DNA from: a virus
Taxonomy: Duplodnaviria > Caudoviricetes
Virus record (IMG/VR): IMGVR_UViG_3300008261_000142
Location: 1-57,729 of that record
Reading direction: 5' to 3' (one strand)
DNA length: 57,729 nucleotides
The notes beneath the pieces were generated by a model. It searched no databases, was not told where the DNA came from, and saw only the letters and a list, made by a program, of their open reading frames with translations. The stretch's first letter is position 1, and each line of letters opens with the position of its first letter. Positions 28,758 through 38,335 of this stretch are shown here, one piece after another. The position numbers and the translations under genes were made by a program.

Positions 28758-29861
28758 TCAGCCATTCACATCCAGAACAAAAACCGCATTCGGCTGACGC
28801 AGGAACGGCAGCGGGCGGCTCTGCATCAGCTGGACGTAGACCGACGGGTCGTTCTCCTTCCAGCTCTTGGCAAAGCGGCGACCGACGAACAGGCCGCCGT
28901 CGAAGGCGTCGTGGTCCGGGATCGCGCCGTACATGATCTCGGCGTCCGAGAAGGCCGTCTGGCCCGCCAGGAACACCACGCGGCCATCGCCGCCCGAGGT
29001 GCCGCCCAGGAAGACCTTCGTGGTGCCATCCTCGTCGACGTACTCGCGCGAGTACTCCCAGCACTCGATGCCCATGAAGCGGCCAAGGTAGATCGCGCCC
29101 TGCTCGTTGAACTGCTCCTGCAGCTCAAGCGTGCCGGCGTTGACGTTCTTGCGGTCGAGCAGCGTCTTCACCGAATCAAGCTTCAGGAACGCATCGGCAG
29201 CGACCGGATCCATGATCGCCAGACGAGCGGTGTTGTTGATCTTCTTGCTGAAGAACCGCTTCGCCTTGTGGAAGTCGCCGATGACATCCGGAGCCGAATC
29301 GGTCCAGCGAGCCGTCGAAGTCAGCGTCACCGTGGCGTCCGACGAGCGCGGCAGACGGACGCGCCAGTTCGCCTTCTCAGCGACTTGGTACGACAACGTC
29401 ATGTTGCCCGAGGTCTTGTCGGCAATCATGTTGCCGACCATCCACTCAACACGGTTGGCGATCAGGTCCATCATGTACTGCGTGTCTTCGGCGATAGCCA
29501 ACTGACGCGCAGCAGCGACGGCATCGCCGCCCGTGATGAAGATGTCCGACCCCGGCTGACGCCGGTTGAACACGTTGTACGCCTCCATCGGACGCTTGAT
29601 GCGGATGTTCGGCGTGCTGACGTTCGCGAACGTGACATCGCGCGCGCCGACGGTCACCGCTTCCGCGTTGACCTCGACAAACGGAGCCAGCAGACGCTCG
29701 CCTTCGCGGAACGACATCTCGACCGACTCGGTCGGCAGGGCGCGCTCGCGGCCACCGAAAACGATGCTGGTCAGGAAGCCGCTCGGCGTCTTCGTGCGGT
29801 TGGTGAAGCCGGTCTGGTAAGCCCAGCCGAGCCAATTCTGAGTCAAGACAGGAGTAGGCAT
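28758..29861 (-). CDS. major capsid protein (lambda gpE family)
   Basis: LAPFV..RVEWM..KSWKENDPS..QSRPLP. Confidence 0.92.
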   Translation of the reverse strand: MPTPVLTQNWLGWAYQTGFTNRTKTPSGFLTSIVFGGRERALPTESVEMSFREGERLLAPFVEVNAEAVTVGARDVTFANVSTPNIRIKRPMEAYNVFNRRQPGSDIFITGGDAVAAARQLAIAEDTQYMMDLIANRVEWMVGNMIADKTSGNMTLSYQVAEKANWRVRLPRSSDATVTLTSTARWTDSAPDVIGDFHKAKRFFSKKINNTARLAIMDPVAADAFLKLDSVKTLLDRKNVNAGTLELQEQFNEQGAIYLGRFMGIECWEYSREYVDEDGTTKVFLGGTSGGDGRVVFLAGQTAFSDAEIMYGAIPDHDAFDGGLFVGRRFAKSWKENDPSVYVQLMQSRPLPFLRQPNAVFVLDVNG

Positions 29862-29880
29862 TGGAGTGTTCCTCTAGAGA

Positions 29881-30336
29881 TCAGGTCAGACTGGCGTTGC
29901 CGCCAGCCTTGGTGAGGCCTTCGACCATCAGGCCCTTGGACTGGACAGCGGGCTTACGCAGCATGTCCTTCAGCTGCTGCTCCGTGCCCGTGAGCTGGAC
30001 CAGGTGGGCCGAGACCACGCTGTAGGGCAGCGAGCCCTTCACCATGACCGTGCCGATGACCGTGTCCGTGGTCGAGCTGCGCGAAATCGGCAGCGGCCAG
30101 ACAAAACCGTAGACCTCGAGCTCGTGCAGGTTGGTCGAGGTCTGATCCGGGTCGCAAGCATCGACCAAGCCGGTGGTCGGGACCACGCAGACCGGGAAAC
30201 CGACCGGGAGCGTGTCGACCGAGCCGGGGGCGGTGAACTCGCGAATGACAACCGCGCCGGGACCAACGTCCGGTTGGATAGCAGCCAGCGGGCTGCGCGT
30301 CGATTCGCTGTAGAGATCGTTGTTGACAAGAGCCAT
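29881..30336 (-). CDS. head decoration protein (lambda gpD-like)
   Basis: Lies between protease and gpE-type MCP; size. Confidence 0.7.
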   Translation of the reverse strand: MALVNNDLYSESTRSPLAAIQPDVGPGAVVIREFTAPGSVDTLPVGFPVCVVPTTGLVDACDPDQTSTNLHELEVYGFVWPLPISRSSTTDTVIGTVMVKGSLPYSVVSAHLVQLTGTEQQLKDMLRKPAVQSKGLMVEGLTKAGGNASLT

Positions 30337-30347
30337 GTTCGGTTACC

Positions 30348-31424
30348 TCACTTGATGGTCGCGGTCTTCGCGACGCGGGACTTCTGGAACGACTCGGCCA
30401 GTTCCGCGCCAGCGGCGAGGAGATCCTGATCCGACTTAGCGACACCGATTGCCGTCAGGTGCGACTGCTCGGCCTTGCCTTCGGCAGGACCAGCCTTGCG
30501 AACCTGCTTCTGCTGAACAGCCGACTCCTCGACGACGCCGGCAGCATCGTCGGCTTCCTTCCACTCCGCCTTCAGCACGCTGACGGCTTCGCGGTAGGTG
30601 CGAATCGACTCGGCATCGTCCCACTTCACCGCCTTCTTCAGGTGGTGCAGCTGGACGGCGCGAGCGTGCAGTTCCAAGTGACGGTCGTTCGACGCATCAC
30701 CCTTGAAGACCGGCGTATCGTCAGCCGGCTTGGCGTCAGCCTTCTTCGTCTCAACAGTCGGGACGATGGCCTTAGCCAGAGAATCAAAACCCTCCTTGAG
30801 GGCGGTCTTGAGGACCTCGAGATCTTGCGGAGTCATGGATGGTTGCTGGTTGGTGGTGGGCGGGTTGATCGCCTTCGTCAGAAGCTCCACGAGCTTCTCT
30901 ACGTCGGCCTTCTCCTGCTCGACGATGGCGGTGCCGCCCATCGACACGCCTGCCCAATCGCCGTTCTTGTACTTCTTGCGGAGATCCGGATCGTCGATCT
31001 TGATCACGGTCGCCCATGCGCCCGAGAGATCGATCGGGTTGCCGTCGCGATCTGCCCAACCGTGGAACCGCTCGTCGGTCTTCTGCACGATGAACGTCTC
31101 AGCGACGCGCGCACGGTCATGAGTGACCGGCTTGTTGTCGTGGTTGATGTCGATGCTCGCCCCGTTGGCGATGAAGTCGTAGGCCATCTGCTTGACGACT
31201 TCGGCATCCGCAACATCGCCCTGCGAATCGCGCATGTTCGGCGCGTACACAACTGCCGTGAGCTCGCCCTTCTCCTCGAGAGCGTCTGCCTTGATCAGCG
31301 TGCCAAAGGACACGCTTCCGTCCGACTTGTAGACGGGCTCGATCCTGTTCGCCCCTGCGGGAACGAGCGAGATGAACTTGATGCTGGCCTTCTTGATGCG
31401 GCGCATGCTGGAAAACTCTCTCAT
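30348..31424 (-). CDS. prohead protease (XkdF-like) / scaffold
   Basis: ISLVPAGAN, VYAPNMRDSQGD, IDINH, GVSMGG; start may be the second Met. Confidence 0.9.
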   Translation of the reverse strand: MREFSSMRRIKKASIKFISLVPAGANRIEPVYKSDGSVSFGTLIKADALEEKGELTAVVYAPNMRDSQGDVADAEVVKQMAYDFIANGASIDINHDNKPVTHDRARVAETFIVQKTDERFHGWADRDGNPIDLSGAWATVIKIDDPDLRKKYKNGDWAGVSMGGTAIVEQEKADVEKLVELLTKAINPPTTNQQPSMTPQDLEVLKTALKEGFDSLAKAIVPTVETKKADAKPADDTPVFKGDASNDRHLELHARAVQLHHLKKAVKWDDAESIRTYREAVSVLKAEWKEADDAAGVVEESAVQQKQVRKAGPAEGKAEQSHLTAIGVAKSDQDLLAAGAELAESFQKSRVAKTATIK

Positions 31425-31530
31425 CTACGCTCTTTCGTCAAGGAGGCATATTCGAGGTTTGTGGATAGGGGCCTCAGTATTGCATCAGATTCCTTGTGCT
31501 TTTCAGCAGTCTGTGCAGAATCCAGGCTGC

Positions 31531-31740
31531 ATGACGCAAGAAGAGACTTACTGCTGCTCGATGCGCCGACACTTTCTGGTCGGCATTGTTGGTGAGAGGT
31601 CTAACGAAGAGGCACCTATTGACGTTGCCGATTTCATGATGTCGTTCGACCCGCCTATCGTGTCGATCAAGTACTGTCCCTTCTGCGGAAAGATGATCGA
31701 CAGCAGCCAATCTCTGCGAACCGGAACGAGGATTGAGTGA
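31531..31740 (+). CDS. small Zn-binding protein
   Basis: YCC...IKYCPFCGK. Confidence 0.7.
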   Translation: MTQEETYCCSMRRHFLVGIVGERSNEEAPIDVADFMMSFDPPIVSIKYCPFCGKMIDSSQSLRTGTRIE

Positions 31741-33167
31741 TGACAGACCCGAAGGATGTGTTTGGTTTCATCGGCATGGAGTCGGTCCCGATCTTTGAAT
31801 ACAAGATCGCCGACATCAGGAAGGCTCTCACGCCTTCGATGGTCTCGAATCAAGGCCGAGCGGTCGGGCGTGTCATGCGACCGATCAACTTTGATGCTGC
31901 CCATCAGACCACGATGGCGGTGACGACACACGCCGTCTGCATCGCCACCAAGCGAGATGCCATCGTCGGCCTCGGCTTTGAGACCGAGGAAGAGCGGGTC
32001 GCACGGCAGCGAAAGAAGGAGCTTGACGATCAAATGGCCGCTTTGACCGCTGCTGCAGGGCCGCCTCAGGCCCCCGCAGCCGCTAAGAAGCCGGTTTCGA
32101 CCGCCAAGCAAGAGCATCTTGGCGAAGAGGAAGAAGGTCTTCAAGAGCTGCCTGAAGATGTCGAAGGCGAGATGCTGACGGGTGCCCGTCCCAAGAGCAA
32201 GGTCTCGGAGATCCTCGACCCTCTGTGCGAGGACGGCTTCCAGTCCCTCCTTGATCAGGTTGGTGAGGACTACGAAACCACCGGCAACGGCTACATCGAA
32301 GTCGTTCGTGAGGGAGACGACGGCAAGATTGTCGCTCTCTGGCACATGCCTGCGGGCGCGGTCTCGGTGGTCAACGAGGACACCAAGCCCCTCACGCACT
32401 TCGAGGTCGACGACTACGGCGGCACGCTCAAGTACGCCAACTTCGGAGATGCCGGCGCGATGCGCGCTCGTCTGCAATCGCAGCAGAAGCAGATCACCGA
32501 GCTGATCCACTTCAAGTATCCGACGGCGAAGAATCCCAAGTACGGCATGCCTGGCTGGCTCTCGTGCGTGCCGTGGCTCGAGCTGGCTCAGATGCTGGTT
32601 CAGTACAACTTCGACTACTTCCAGAATCGAGCCGTTCCCGACCTCCTTCTGATGATCACCGGGGCGAAGGTTCCTCCGGCGGACATGGAGAAGCTGACTA
32701 GCCAGCTGAAGATGACCGTCGGTGCGAACCAGCGGTTTCGCACGGTTGTCGGCAACATCCCGTTCCCTGAAGCAAAGGTTCAGCTCGATCGGCTCAGCTC
32801 GGACAACCGCGAGCGTTTCACCGACCTCTGGCAGACGATTGAACTGGAGATCGTCTCGGCTCACCGAGTGCCGCCTCTACTGGCCGGCGTTGTTCTTCCT
32901 GGCAAGATGGCTGCTGCGAACGAGCTGCCGAACGCTCTGATCGCGTTCCAGACGCTGTACGTCGCTCAGCATCAACAGGTCTTCGAGCTCAAGCTCGGCC
33001 AGACCTTGGGCATGGCCGGCATCGGCCTGCAGCCGACAGACTTCCTGCTCAAGAAGATCACTGACTACTACGACATGGGCCAGGTCGAGACGATGTCGCG
33101 CATGCGCGAGACGGCTGTCGAGGCTCAGGCTCGTGGGAGGGATTTGAAGGATGGCCTCGAGGACTAA
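31737..33167 (+). CDS. portal protein (PBSX/P2 gpQ-like)
   Basis: DYETTGNGYIEV, YGMPGW, YFQNRAVP, SAHRVPPLLAG. Confidence 0.92.
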   Translation: MMTDPKDVFGFIGMESVPIFEYKIADIRKALTPSMVSNQGRAVGRVMRPINFDAAHQTTMAVTTHAVCIATKRDAIVGLGFETEEERVARQRKKELDDQMAALTAAAGPPQAPAAAKKPVSTAKQEHLGEEEEGLQELPEDVEGEMLTGARPKSKVSEILDPLCEDGFQSLLDQVGEDYETTGNGYIEVVREGDDGKIVALWHMPAGAVSVVNEDTKPLTHFEVDDYGGTLKYANFGDAGAMRARLQSQQKQITELIHFKYPTAKNPKYGMPGWLSCVPWLELAQMLVQYNFDYFQNRAVPDLLLMITGAKVPPADMEKLTSQLKMTVGANQRFRTVVGNIPFPEAKVQLDRLSSDNRERFTDLWQTIELEIVSAHRVPPLLAGVVLPGKMAAANELPNALIAFQTLYVAQHQQVFELKLGQTLGMAGIGLQPTDFLLKKITDYYDMGQVETMSRMRETAVEAQARGRDLKDGLED

Positions 33168-33702
33168 GCCGACCCTAAAGCTGCGCCTTGCTGCCGAGGA
33201 GCCCAACTCCCCGGCAAGGCAGGTAGCCATCGTGCGCGACATCGCGCAGCTGGCGCAGCAAGCGATCATCTCGTTCATCCCGACAGTTCAGTACGGGCGA
33301 CTTCGCAAGTCGATTCGATTCATCGCCACGCGCGATCGAATCATCATCTACTCGTACTACTACTGGGCAAAATTCGTCAACGACGGTCGAAAGGCAGTTA
33401 AGGGCGACCCGCTGCTGATCTACTTCAAGGATCCAAGTAAGGACCCGCGAATCTCTCTCGACTATCCAAGAAAGCCGGGGGATATTAAAAAGCTAACTAA
33501 AAAGCAGTTCAAAAATGCTCGCGCTAACGACGAGCTAATCATCGTCAAAAAGGTCGGGCCATCGAAGCCTCTACGGTTTATCGAGCAGGGCGTCGAGCTG
33601 ACCCGCAACGAGGTCCCGACTGCCTTTCGCCAGTTCCTACGCGGCTCGGTTAAGAAGATGATCCGCCGGGACACCAACAAGATCACCGTAGTGATCGGGT
33701 AG
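33151..33702 (+). CDS. HK97 gp10-like neck/tail completion protein
   Basis: GRLRKSI..YWAKFVNDG..P.RFI. Confidence 0.55.
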   Translation: MASRTKPTLKLRLAAEEPNSPARQVAIVRDIAQLAQQAIISFIPTVQYGRLRKSIRFIATRDRIIIYSYYYWAKFVNDGRKAVKGDPLLIYFKDPSKDPRISLDYPRKPGDIKKLTKKQFKNARANDELIIVKKVGPSKPLRFIEQGVELTRNEVPTAFRQFLRGSVKKMIRRDTNKITVVIG

Positions 33703-33705
33703 GCC

Positions 33706-34161
33706 ATGCGCTGCTTGCTCTCTGCTCTTCTTATGCTTGCGTCTTGCGGAGCTCTGCCAGACGAGGTCTCTGTCTCCGGCTTCAGCAGCGAGTACGACTT
33801 TCTGGGCGGAGACGATCTAAAAGGCCTGGGATCAGAAGACGGGACTTCAACAGGCGCAATGGTTACGGCAACCTACAAACTTAAGCCGACGCAAATTCAG
33901 ATAGTGCAGCAGCCAATACCGCCAATTCAAATTCCGAAGAACCTAGATGCCCAGGGGCTGCTGGAGACAGCTAGAGCCGAAGCAGATAAAGCGGTCAAAG
34001 GCGCGACAAAGGATTTTGAGCAGTTTTCGATCCAGAAAATTGAGGATCTTCTGGGAGTTCCAATAAGCAGCTTTACTTCGGGCAGCTTGCTAATAGTAGT
34101 GATCTTGCTGCTGCTCGTGCTTCTTCTCCGAAGGAAGAATCACTCAACCAAGCCCGAGTGA
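33706..34161 (+). CDS. lipoprotein with C-terminal TM helix (u-spanin-like)
   Basis: Lipobox LASC; C-terminal LLIVVILLLLVLLL-RRK. Confidence 0.6.
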   Translation: MRCLLSALLMLASCGALPDEVSVSGFSSEYDFLGGDDLKGLGSEDGTSTGAMVTATYKLKPTQIQIVQQPIPPIQIPKNLDAQGLLETARAEADKAVKGATKDFEQFSIQKIEDLLGVPISSFTSGSLLIVVILLLLVLLLRRKNHSTKPE

Positions 34162-34685
34162 ACTAGGTCTGCGCCAAATCGGGCTAGGCCGATCGCATCG
34201 GTCACGTGCTTCCAGTCGGAGTTCTTCAAAGCAGAGGCACCGACGACCTGCGCGATCTTGCTGCATCCTGCAGGCCGGCAGTACTCGCGCTCTTCGACGG
34301 CTAGGATGCCGTAGTGCTGGAAGATGCGCTTGTGGTGGATCGGCTTGGGGACCTGACCCTTCCACTCGCGGGGAACCGGCAAGCACAGCTTCGTGGTCGG
34401 GCAGACGGCTGAAAGGATGCCGAGAATGCCGCCTGCGACGTGGGCAAGCTTAAGAATATCGGCAGGAGGTGCCTTGCCCTGATAATGGATTTCTTGCGAT
34501 TCTACTACCGCTATTTCGGCTGAGCGAATAGTAGGGATTGCCAGCGAGGCGTTTCGAAGCATCTCCGAAACAGAGCCGCTAGAGCTGCGGACAACGCCGA
34601 CAGCATAGATCGTGTGGCGGTCGGCAAGAGCCCAAGCAAGAGCCTTGGTGTCCGGATCGATGCCAAGAGCTAGAGGGTTAGCCAC
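34140..34685 (-). CDS. RuvC-like Holliday junction resolvase
   Basis: LGIDP, VVESQ, PREWK, DAIGLA. Confidence 0.8.
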   Translation of the reverse strand: MANPLALGIDPDTKALAWALADRHTIYAVGVVRSSSGSVSEMLRNASLAIPTIRSAEIAVVESQEIHYQGKAPPADILKLAHVAGGILGILSAVCPTTKLCLPVPREWKGQVPKPIHHKRIFQHYGILAVEEREYCRPAGCSKIAQVVGASALKNSDWKHVTDAIGLARFGADLVHSGLVE

Positions 34686-35233
34686 TTCTCTACCTCAAGA
34701 AGAAGGTCGGAGGTCACTTTGTGCTTCAGCTCTTTGATGTTCGGGCAATCGTTGTCGAATTCGACGAAGCCGATGCTGGGGTGGTCCCATGTCGACCGGC
34801 TGTCTCCATGGTAGGAGCAGCCTCGGCGGGACAGGCGGATCTGCAAGATGTTGCCCTTGCCGACATGGGCAAGGACTGGCACTGCCTCAGCCAGAAAGCC
34901 GCTATCAGTGAAGATCGCGACCTTCTGCCGCTCCTGAGTTCGACGAATCACCTGCTCAACGGCACACTTCCCAAACACATCGTGCCCCCAGAGCGGCTTG
35001 GCAAAGCCTTCGGAGTAGCGGATGGCTACCTGCCGAGGCGTCCTGCCCAGCAACTTTGGGTGCGGATGATCCTTCTCAACCGACTCCATGCGAATGTCAA
35101 AATTCTTGTGCATGAAGTCGACGATCGGCTGAGCGAACTTCTCAAGACAGGAGTTGGCGACGCTCTCCCAGAGCATCTTGCCAACCGTGTCTTTGCCGCT
35201 GCCGGGAGGGCCGTTGAGCAGTAAGACTTTCAT
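34670..35233 (-). CDS. deoxynucleoside monophosphate kinase
   Basis: NGPPGSGKDT, KFAQP, TPRQ, IFTDSGF..E. Confidence 0.85.
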   Translation of the reverse strand: MKVLLLNGPPGSGKDTVGKMLWESVANSCLEKFAQPIVDFMHKNFDIRMESVEKDHPHPKLLGRTPRQVAIRYSEGFAKPLWGHDVFGKCAVEQVIRRTQERQKVAIFTDSGFLAEAVPVLAHVGKGNILQIRLSRRGCSYHGDSRSTWDHPSIGFVEFDNDCPNIKELKHKVTSDLLLEVEKWLTL

Positions 35234-35234
35234 C

Positions 35235-35540
35235 TCACCAAGCTGCGCTGATGCCGAACTTGTTGCCCTCAAGGACGCGGATGCGAACCTTGAACTTGGC
35301 CTTCGGGTTCAGCTTGCCGAGCGAGCGGTGCATCGCAGCGTAGACCTGGCTGCGGTAGCGAACGATGTCGCGGTCTGCCGGGACCTCGAACACGACAGCC
35401 TTGTTCGGATTGTCGGCTTCGTACAGGGCCTTGGCGATGGGATCGAACTGCGAGGCGCGGACCTTGCGCGGAGCGACCTTGAGATCGTCGATGTGGACGA
35501 CAGAGACGGAAACGGGCTTCTTCACGGTTTTGGTTGCCAT
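35235..35540 (-). CDS. small basic hypothetical protein
   Basis: Lys/Arg-rich ORF in the replication operon. Confidence 0.65.
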   Translation of the reverse strand: MATKTVKKPVSVSVVHIDDLKVAPRKVRASQFDPIAKALYEADNPNKAVVFEVPADRDIVRYRSQVYAAMHRSLGKLNPKAKFKVRIRVLEGNKFGISAAW

Positions 35541-37672
35541 ACAGAAAGACGGTTGTTGGAATCGAAGACTGCTTCAGCCTTCTTGTTCCATCGGTACATC
35601 AGTGCCGGCTCTGCGCCGACCTTGACGCGGCTCATGACCTGGGACATTCCCTCGCGCATGACTCGAGCGACTTCGTAGGCTCGCTCATGCATGAGATGGT
35701 CTTCAGGAATCTCGACGATCACCTCGTCATGAATAAACGCGACTAGGTGACAGCCAAGCAAACAGCTCTCTAGGCTAGCGTCGTGCGTTGCTCGCGCAAG
35801 ATTCCAGAGAGATATTTTTGCTCCTTCTGCGGTAGGAGTCTGCAAAGCAGCACCGTTTGTTGCCTCGGTATACATGCAGTTCCGACGGATCATGCCGTGC
35901 GGGCTTGCGTACACATACCGAGGATCCTGCGGGGAAGACCACTCAAGATCCTCGCACTGGCTGCTGACCCAGTGAAAGTACTTCTCCATCTCAGGGTAGG
36001 TGCGCTTCCACTGATCCTTGAGGGACCGTGCAAGCTCTTCGGCAGCCTGAGGACTACCGGCCATCTTCACGATGTCGACACCGAAGGTGCTCTTGGCGTA
36101 GCCGATGAAACGAGCCGCCCCTAGCCCACCAGGGAATCCAAGGCCGGTGGGCTTGGCAAGCGTTCTCCACTTGTCGTACCTCGGCCTGTCGGTCTTCTTG
36201 AGAGCCAGGAAGCTTTCGTAGGTCACTCGGCCCTGAAGATCAGGATCGAGAACATCCGCGATGCCGGCACCGAGGTAGGCGTGCGGGTCGTAGCCGGCGT
36301 TGATCTTCTCGGCTAGGACGCTTTCGTCGAACAGGTCGAGGCACTTCTGAGCGACGCTGACGAGCTCGATGAAGTTGTAGTCGACCGAGCAGAGCACATG
36401 GCCTGGAGTAGCCACGTAGGCATGACGCACTCGAGGGTCTATCTGCTGGATGTTTACTGCTGGGTAGGCAGGCTCCTTGTCCTTCTTGCTGTTGCCAAAG
36501 CTGCTGGTGCGCCCGGTCTTCTTGAGAATGTCGTACTTCGGGTGGACGCGCCCTGCTCGCATGCGCGGCAGTTCGGTAGTCACCAGCTTTCGAATCTCGT
36601 TGCGGTCAATGTACTCATCGATGCCGGAGTCGAGGCCCTTCAAGGTCTCCTGCATCTCTTGGTCAGTAGAGACCTGTCCCGACTCGGTCATCTTGGGATC
36701 GATGCCGGAGTTCTTGCAGACTTGCTCGAAGAGCTGCTTGAGCTTGGTCGTGTCGTAGCTCGACTCCTTCGGCTCGGTGAACCGGATGCCCTTCTCCTCG
36801 AGAAGGGCGCGGTGCGGTTCCCAATTGATCGGAGAGAAACCCAAGGTCGAGACAGCTCTCGAAAGTTGGCTGCCGTAAGGCTTCGAAGCCACTGAGGGTC
36901 GAAGGATCCCCAGCTCTAGCAGCCGTCCGTAGGCAGGAGCAACGGTCCCATCGGGAAGTTGGATGGTCGCGTTCTCGTCGTACCTCTTCGAGAGCTCTGC
37001 AAAAAGCCGTTCGACCTCCTCGTGATCCACGGCAAAGCCCCAGCAGCTGGAAAGCTGTAGAGCAAGCGCGGCCCGAACGCTGATGCTCTGAGCAGCCAGA
37101 GCATCGTACGCTTGCTGCTTGTTGCGGCTCTCCTGGGCATGGAAGAGTCGCAGGGCATTTACCGCGTCGGCAAGAGAGTAGGCGAAGGCTTCTTGCGGGT
37201 ACTCCTTGGCCGGCAAACCTTTCAGGGCGATGTAGTTTGACCGCCAAGCATCCTCGTCTTCCTTGTCGGCAGACCGATCGATGTTGAGGTACCTCTTCTC
37301 CAGCGTAGCTTGGCTGAACGACAGCTTCTGCTTTGCGCCGTTCGGGAGAGTCTCGTACTCGAGATCGCCGGTATCCGCGAGCATCAACAGCTTCTCGCGA
37401 ATAGAGAGATCCTGAACGCGGGCGTCTTCGTAGGCCTGCCACACAAGCGGGGCTAGGCTAGGTCGGTGAGCAAGCACCACCGACATGTCGAATGCGATGT
37501 TGGTATTGACCTGCTCACTGCTCAAGCAGTGGGCAAGGATCTCATCAAACTCGGGCTCGCACGCGGCTACCACAAGCCTGTTGCCGTCATCGTCTGCCAT
37601 CGACAAGCAGATCGGCTCAGGTGCGAGGTTAGAGGGACCGAAACGATCTGTTTCGAGATCCCAACTAAGCAT
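35522..37672 (-). CDS. polA: DNA polymerase family A with 3'-5' exonuclease
   Basis: Exo DLET, NIAFD, YSLADA; TGRTSS; motif A DYNFIEL; motif B RTLAKPTGLGFPGG; motif C HDE. Confidence 0.95.
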   Translation of the reverse strand: MLSWDLETDRFGPSNLAPEPICLSMADDDGNRLVVAACEPEFDEILAHCLSSEQVNTNIAFDMSVVLAHRPSLAPLVWQAYEDARVQDLSIREKLLMLADTGDLEYETLPNGAKQKLSFSQATLEKRYLNIDRSADKEDEDAWRSNYIALKGLPAKEYPQEAFAYSLADAVNALRLFHAQESRNKQQAYDALAAQSISVRAALALQLSSCWGFAVDHEEVERLFAELSKRYDENATIQLPDGTVAPAYGRLLELGILRPSVASKPYGSQLSRAVSTLGFSPINWEPHRALLEEKGIRFTEPKESSYDTTKLKQLFEQVCKNSGIDPKMTESGQVSTDQEMQETLKGLDSGIDEYIDRNEIRKLVTTELPRMRAGRVHPKYDILKKTGRTSSFGNSKKDKEPAYPAVNIQQIDPRVRHAYVATPGHVLCSVDYNFIELVSVAQKCLDLFDESVLAEKINAGYDPHAYLGAGIADVLDPDLQGRVTYESFLALKKTDRPRYDKWRTLAKPTGLGFPGGLGAARFIGYAKSTFGVDIVKMAGSPQAAEELARSLKDQWKRTYPEMEKYFHWVSSQCEDLEWSSPQDPRYVYASPHGMIRRNCMYTEATNGAALQTPTAEGAKISLWNLARATHDASLESCLLGCHLVAFIHDEVIVEIPEDHLMHERAYEVARVMREGMSQVMSRVKVGAEPALMYRWNKKAEAVFDSNNRLSVWQPKP

Positions 37673-37804
37673 GAAAGACCCCGACGCGATCTTGGGGTTG
37701 CTGGGGAGCGGGAAGCATGAACATCTCTCTACGGGTCAGAAGATCGCGTCGGGGAGGTGTACGAAACACCCCCGATTTCTCGGGGGAAGGGTCTTCAGCC
37801 GGGT

Positions 37805-38335
37805 TTAGTCGGCCTTCGACGTGTCGATCTTCAGCGACGCCAGAACCTCCGGCGGCACGTTGTTCTTCACCTCATCGCCCGACCAGCGGCGACGAGCCTT
37901 GATGACGGTGAACGGCATACCACGCTGCTTGGTCGTGATGATGCGGTTGTCCCATTCCACGTAGAAGCCGGTCATCGGCTGGTTGGCCGAAGCGAGCTGG
38001 TCACAGAATTCCTCGGTCACCTGATCCTCTCCGACCCCGGTGATCGCCTTAACAGCGGCCTTCAGGGAGGGCATGGTAGTGTCCTTGGTCAGCTGCATCA
38101 GCCAGCTCACGTTCTCGCCGACGCGATGCGCCCCCTTCGGGTCGTTCGCTGCAGCGGAAGCGTCCAGAACGGACACGATCGTCATCTCGAAGATGACGTT
38201 CGGCACGCCCTGACGGTTCTTGCTAGTGGTGAACCTCCGGATGTAGGTCAGGTAACGACCTCCACGGAAGTACTCGCTCTCTCGGGATGCCTTGGCGGCA
38301 CTGATGCCCGCAAACGGGCTCTTGCTATTGCTCAT
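37805..38335 (-). CDS. putative single-stranded DNA-binding protein
   Basis: OB-fold-like size and pattern, between helicase and PolA. Confidence 0.45.
   Translation of the reverse strand: MSNSKSPFAGISAAKASRESEYFRGGRYLTYIRRFTTSKNRQGVPNVIFEMTIVSVLDASAAANDPKGAHRVGENVSWLMQLTKDTTMPSLKAAVKAITGVGEDQVTEEFCDQLASANQPMTGFYVEWDNRIITTKQRGMPFTVIKARRRWSGDEVKNNVPPEVLASLKIDTSKAD

Noticed and set aside
28467-32864. Long antisense ORFs (482, 378 and 438 aa)
   Set aside because: Shadow frames of the GC-rich capsid, protease and portal genes
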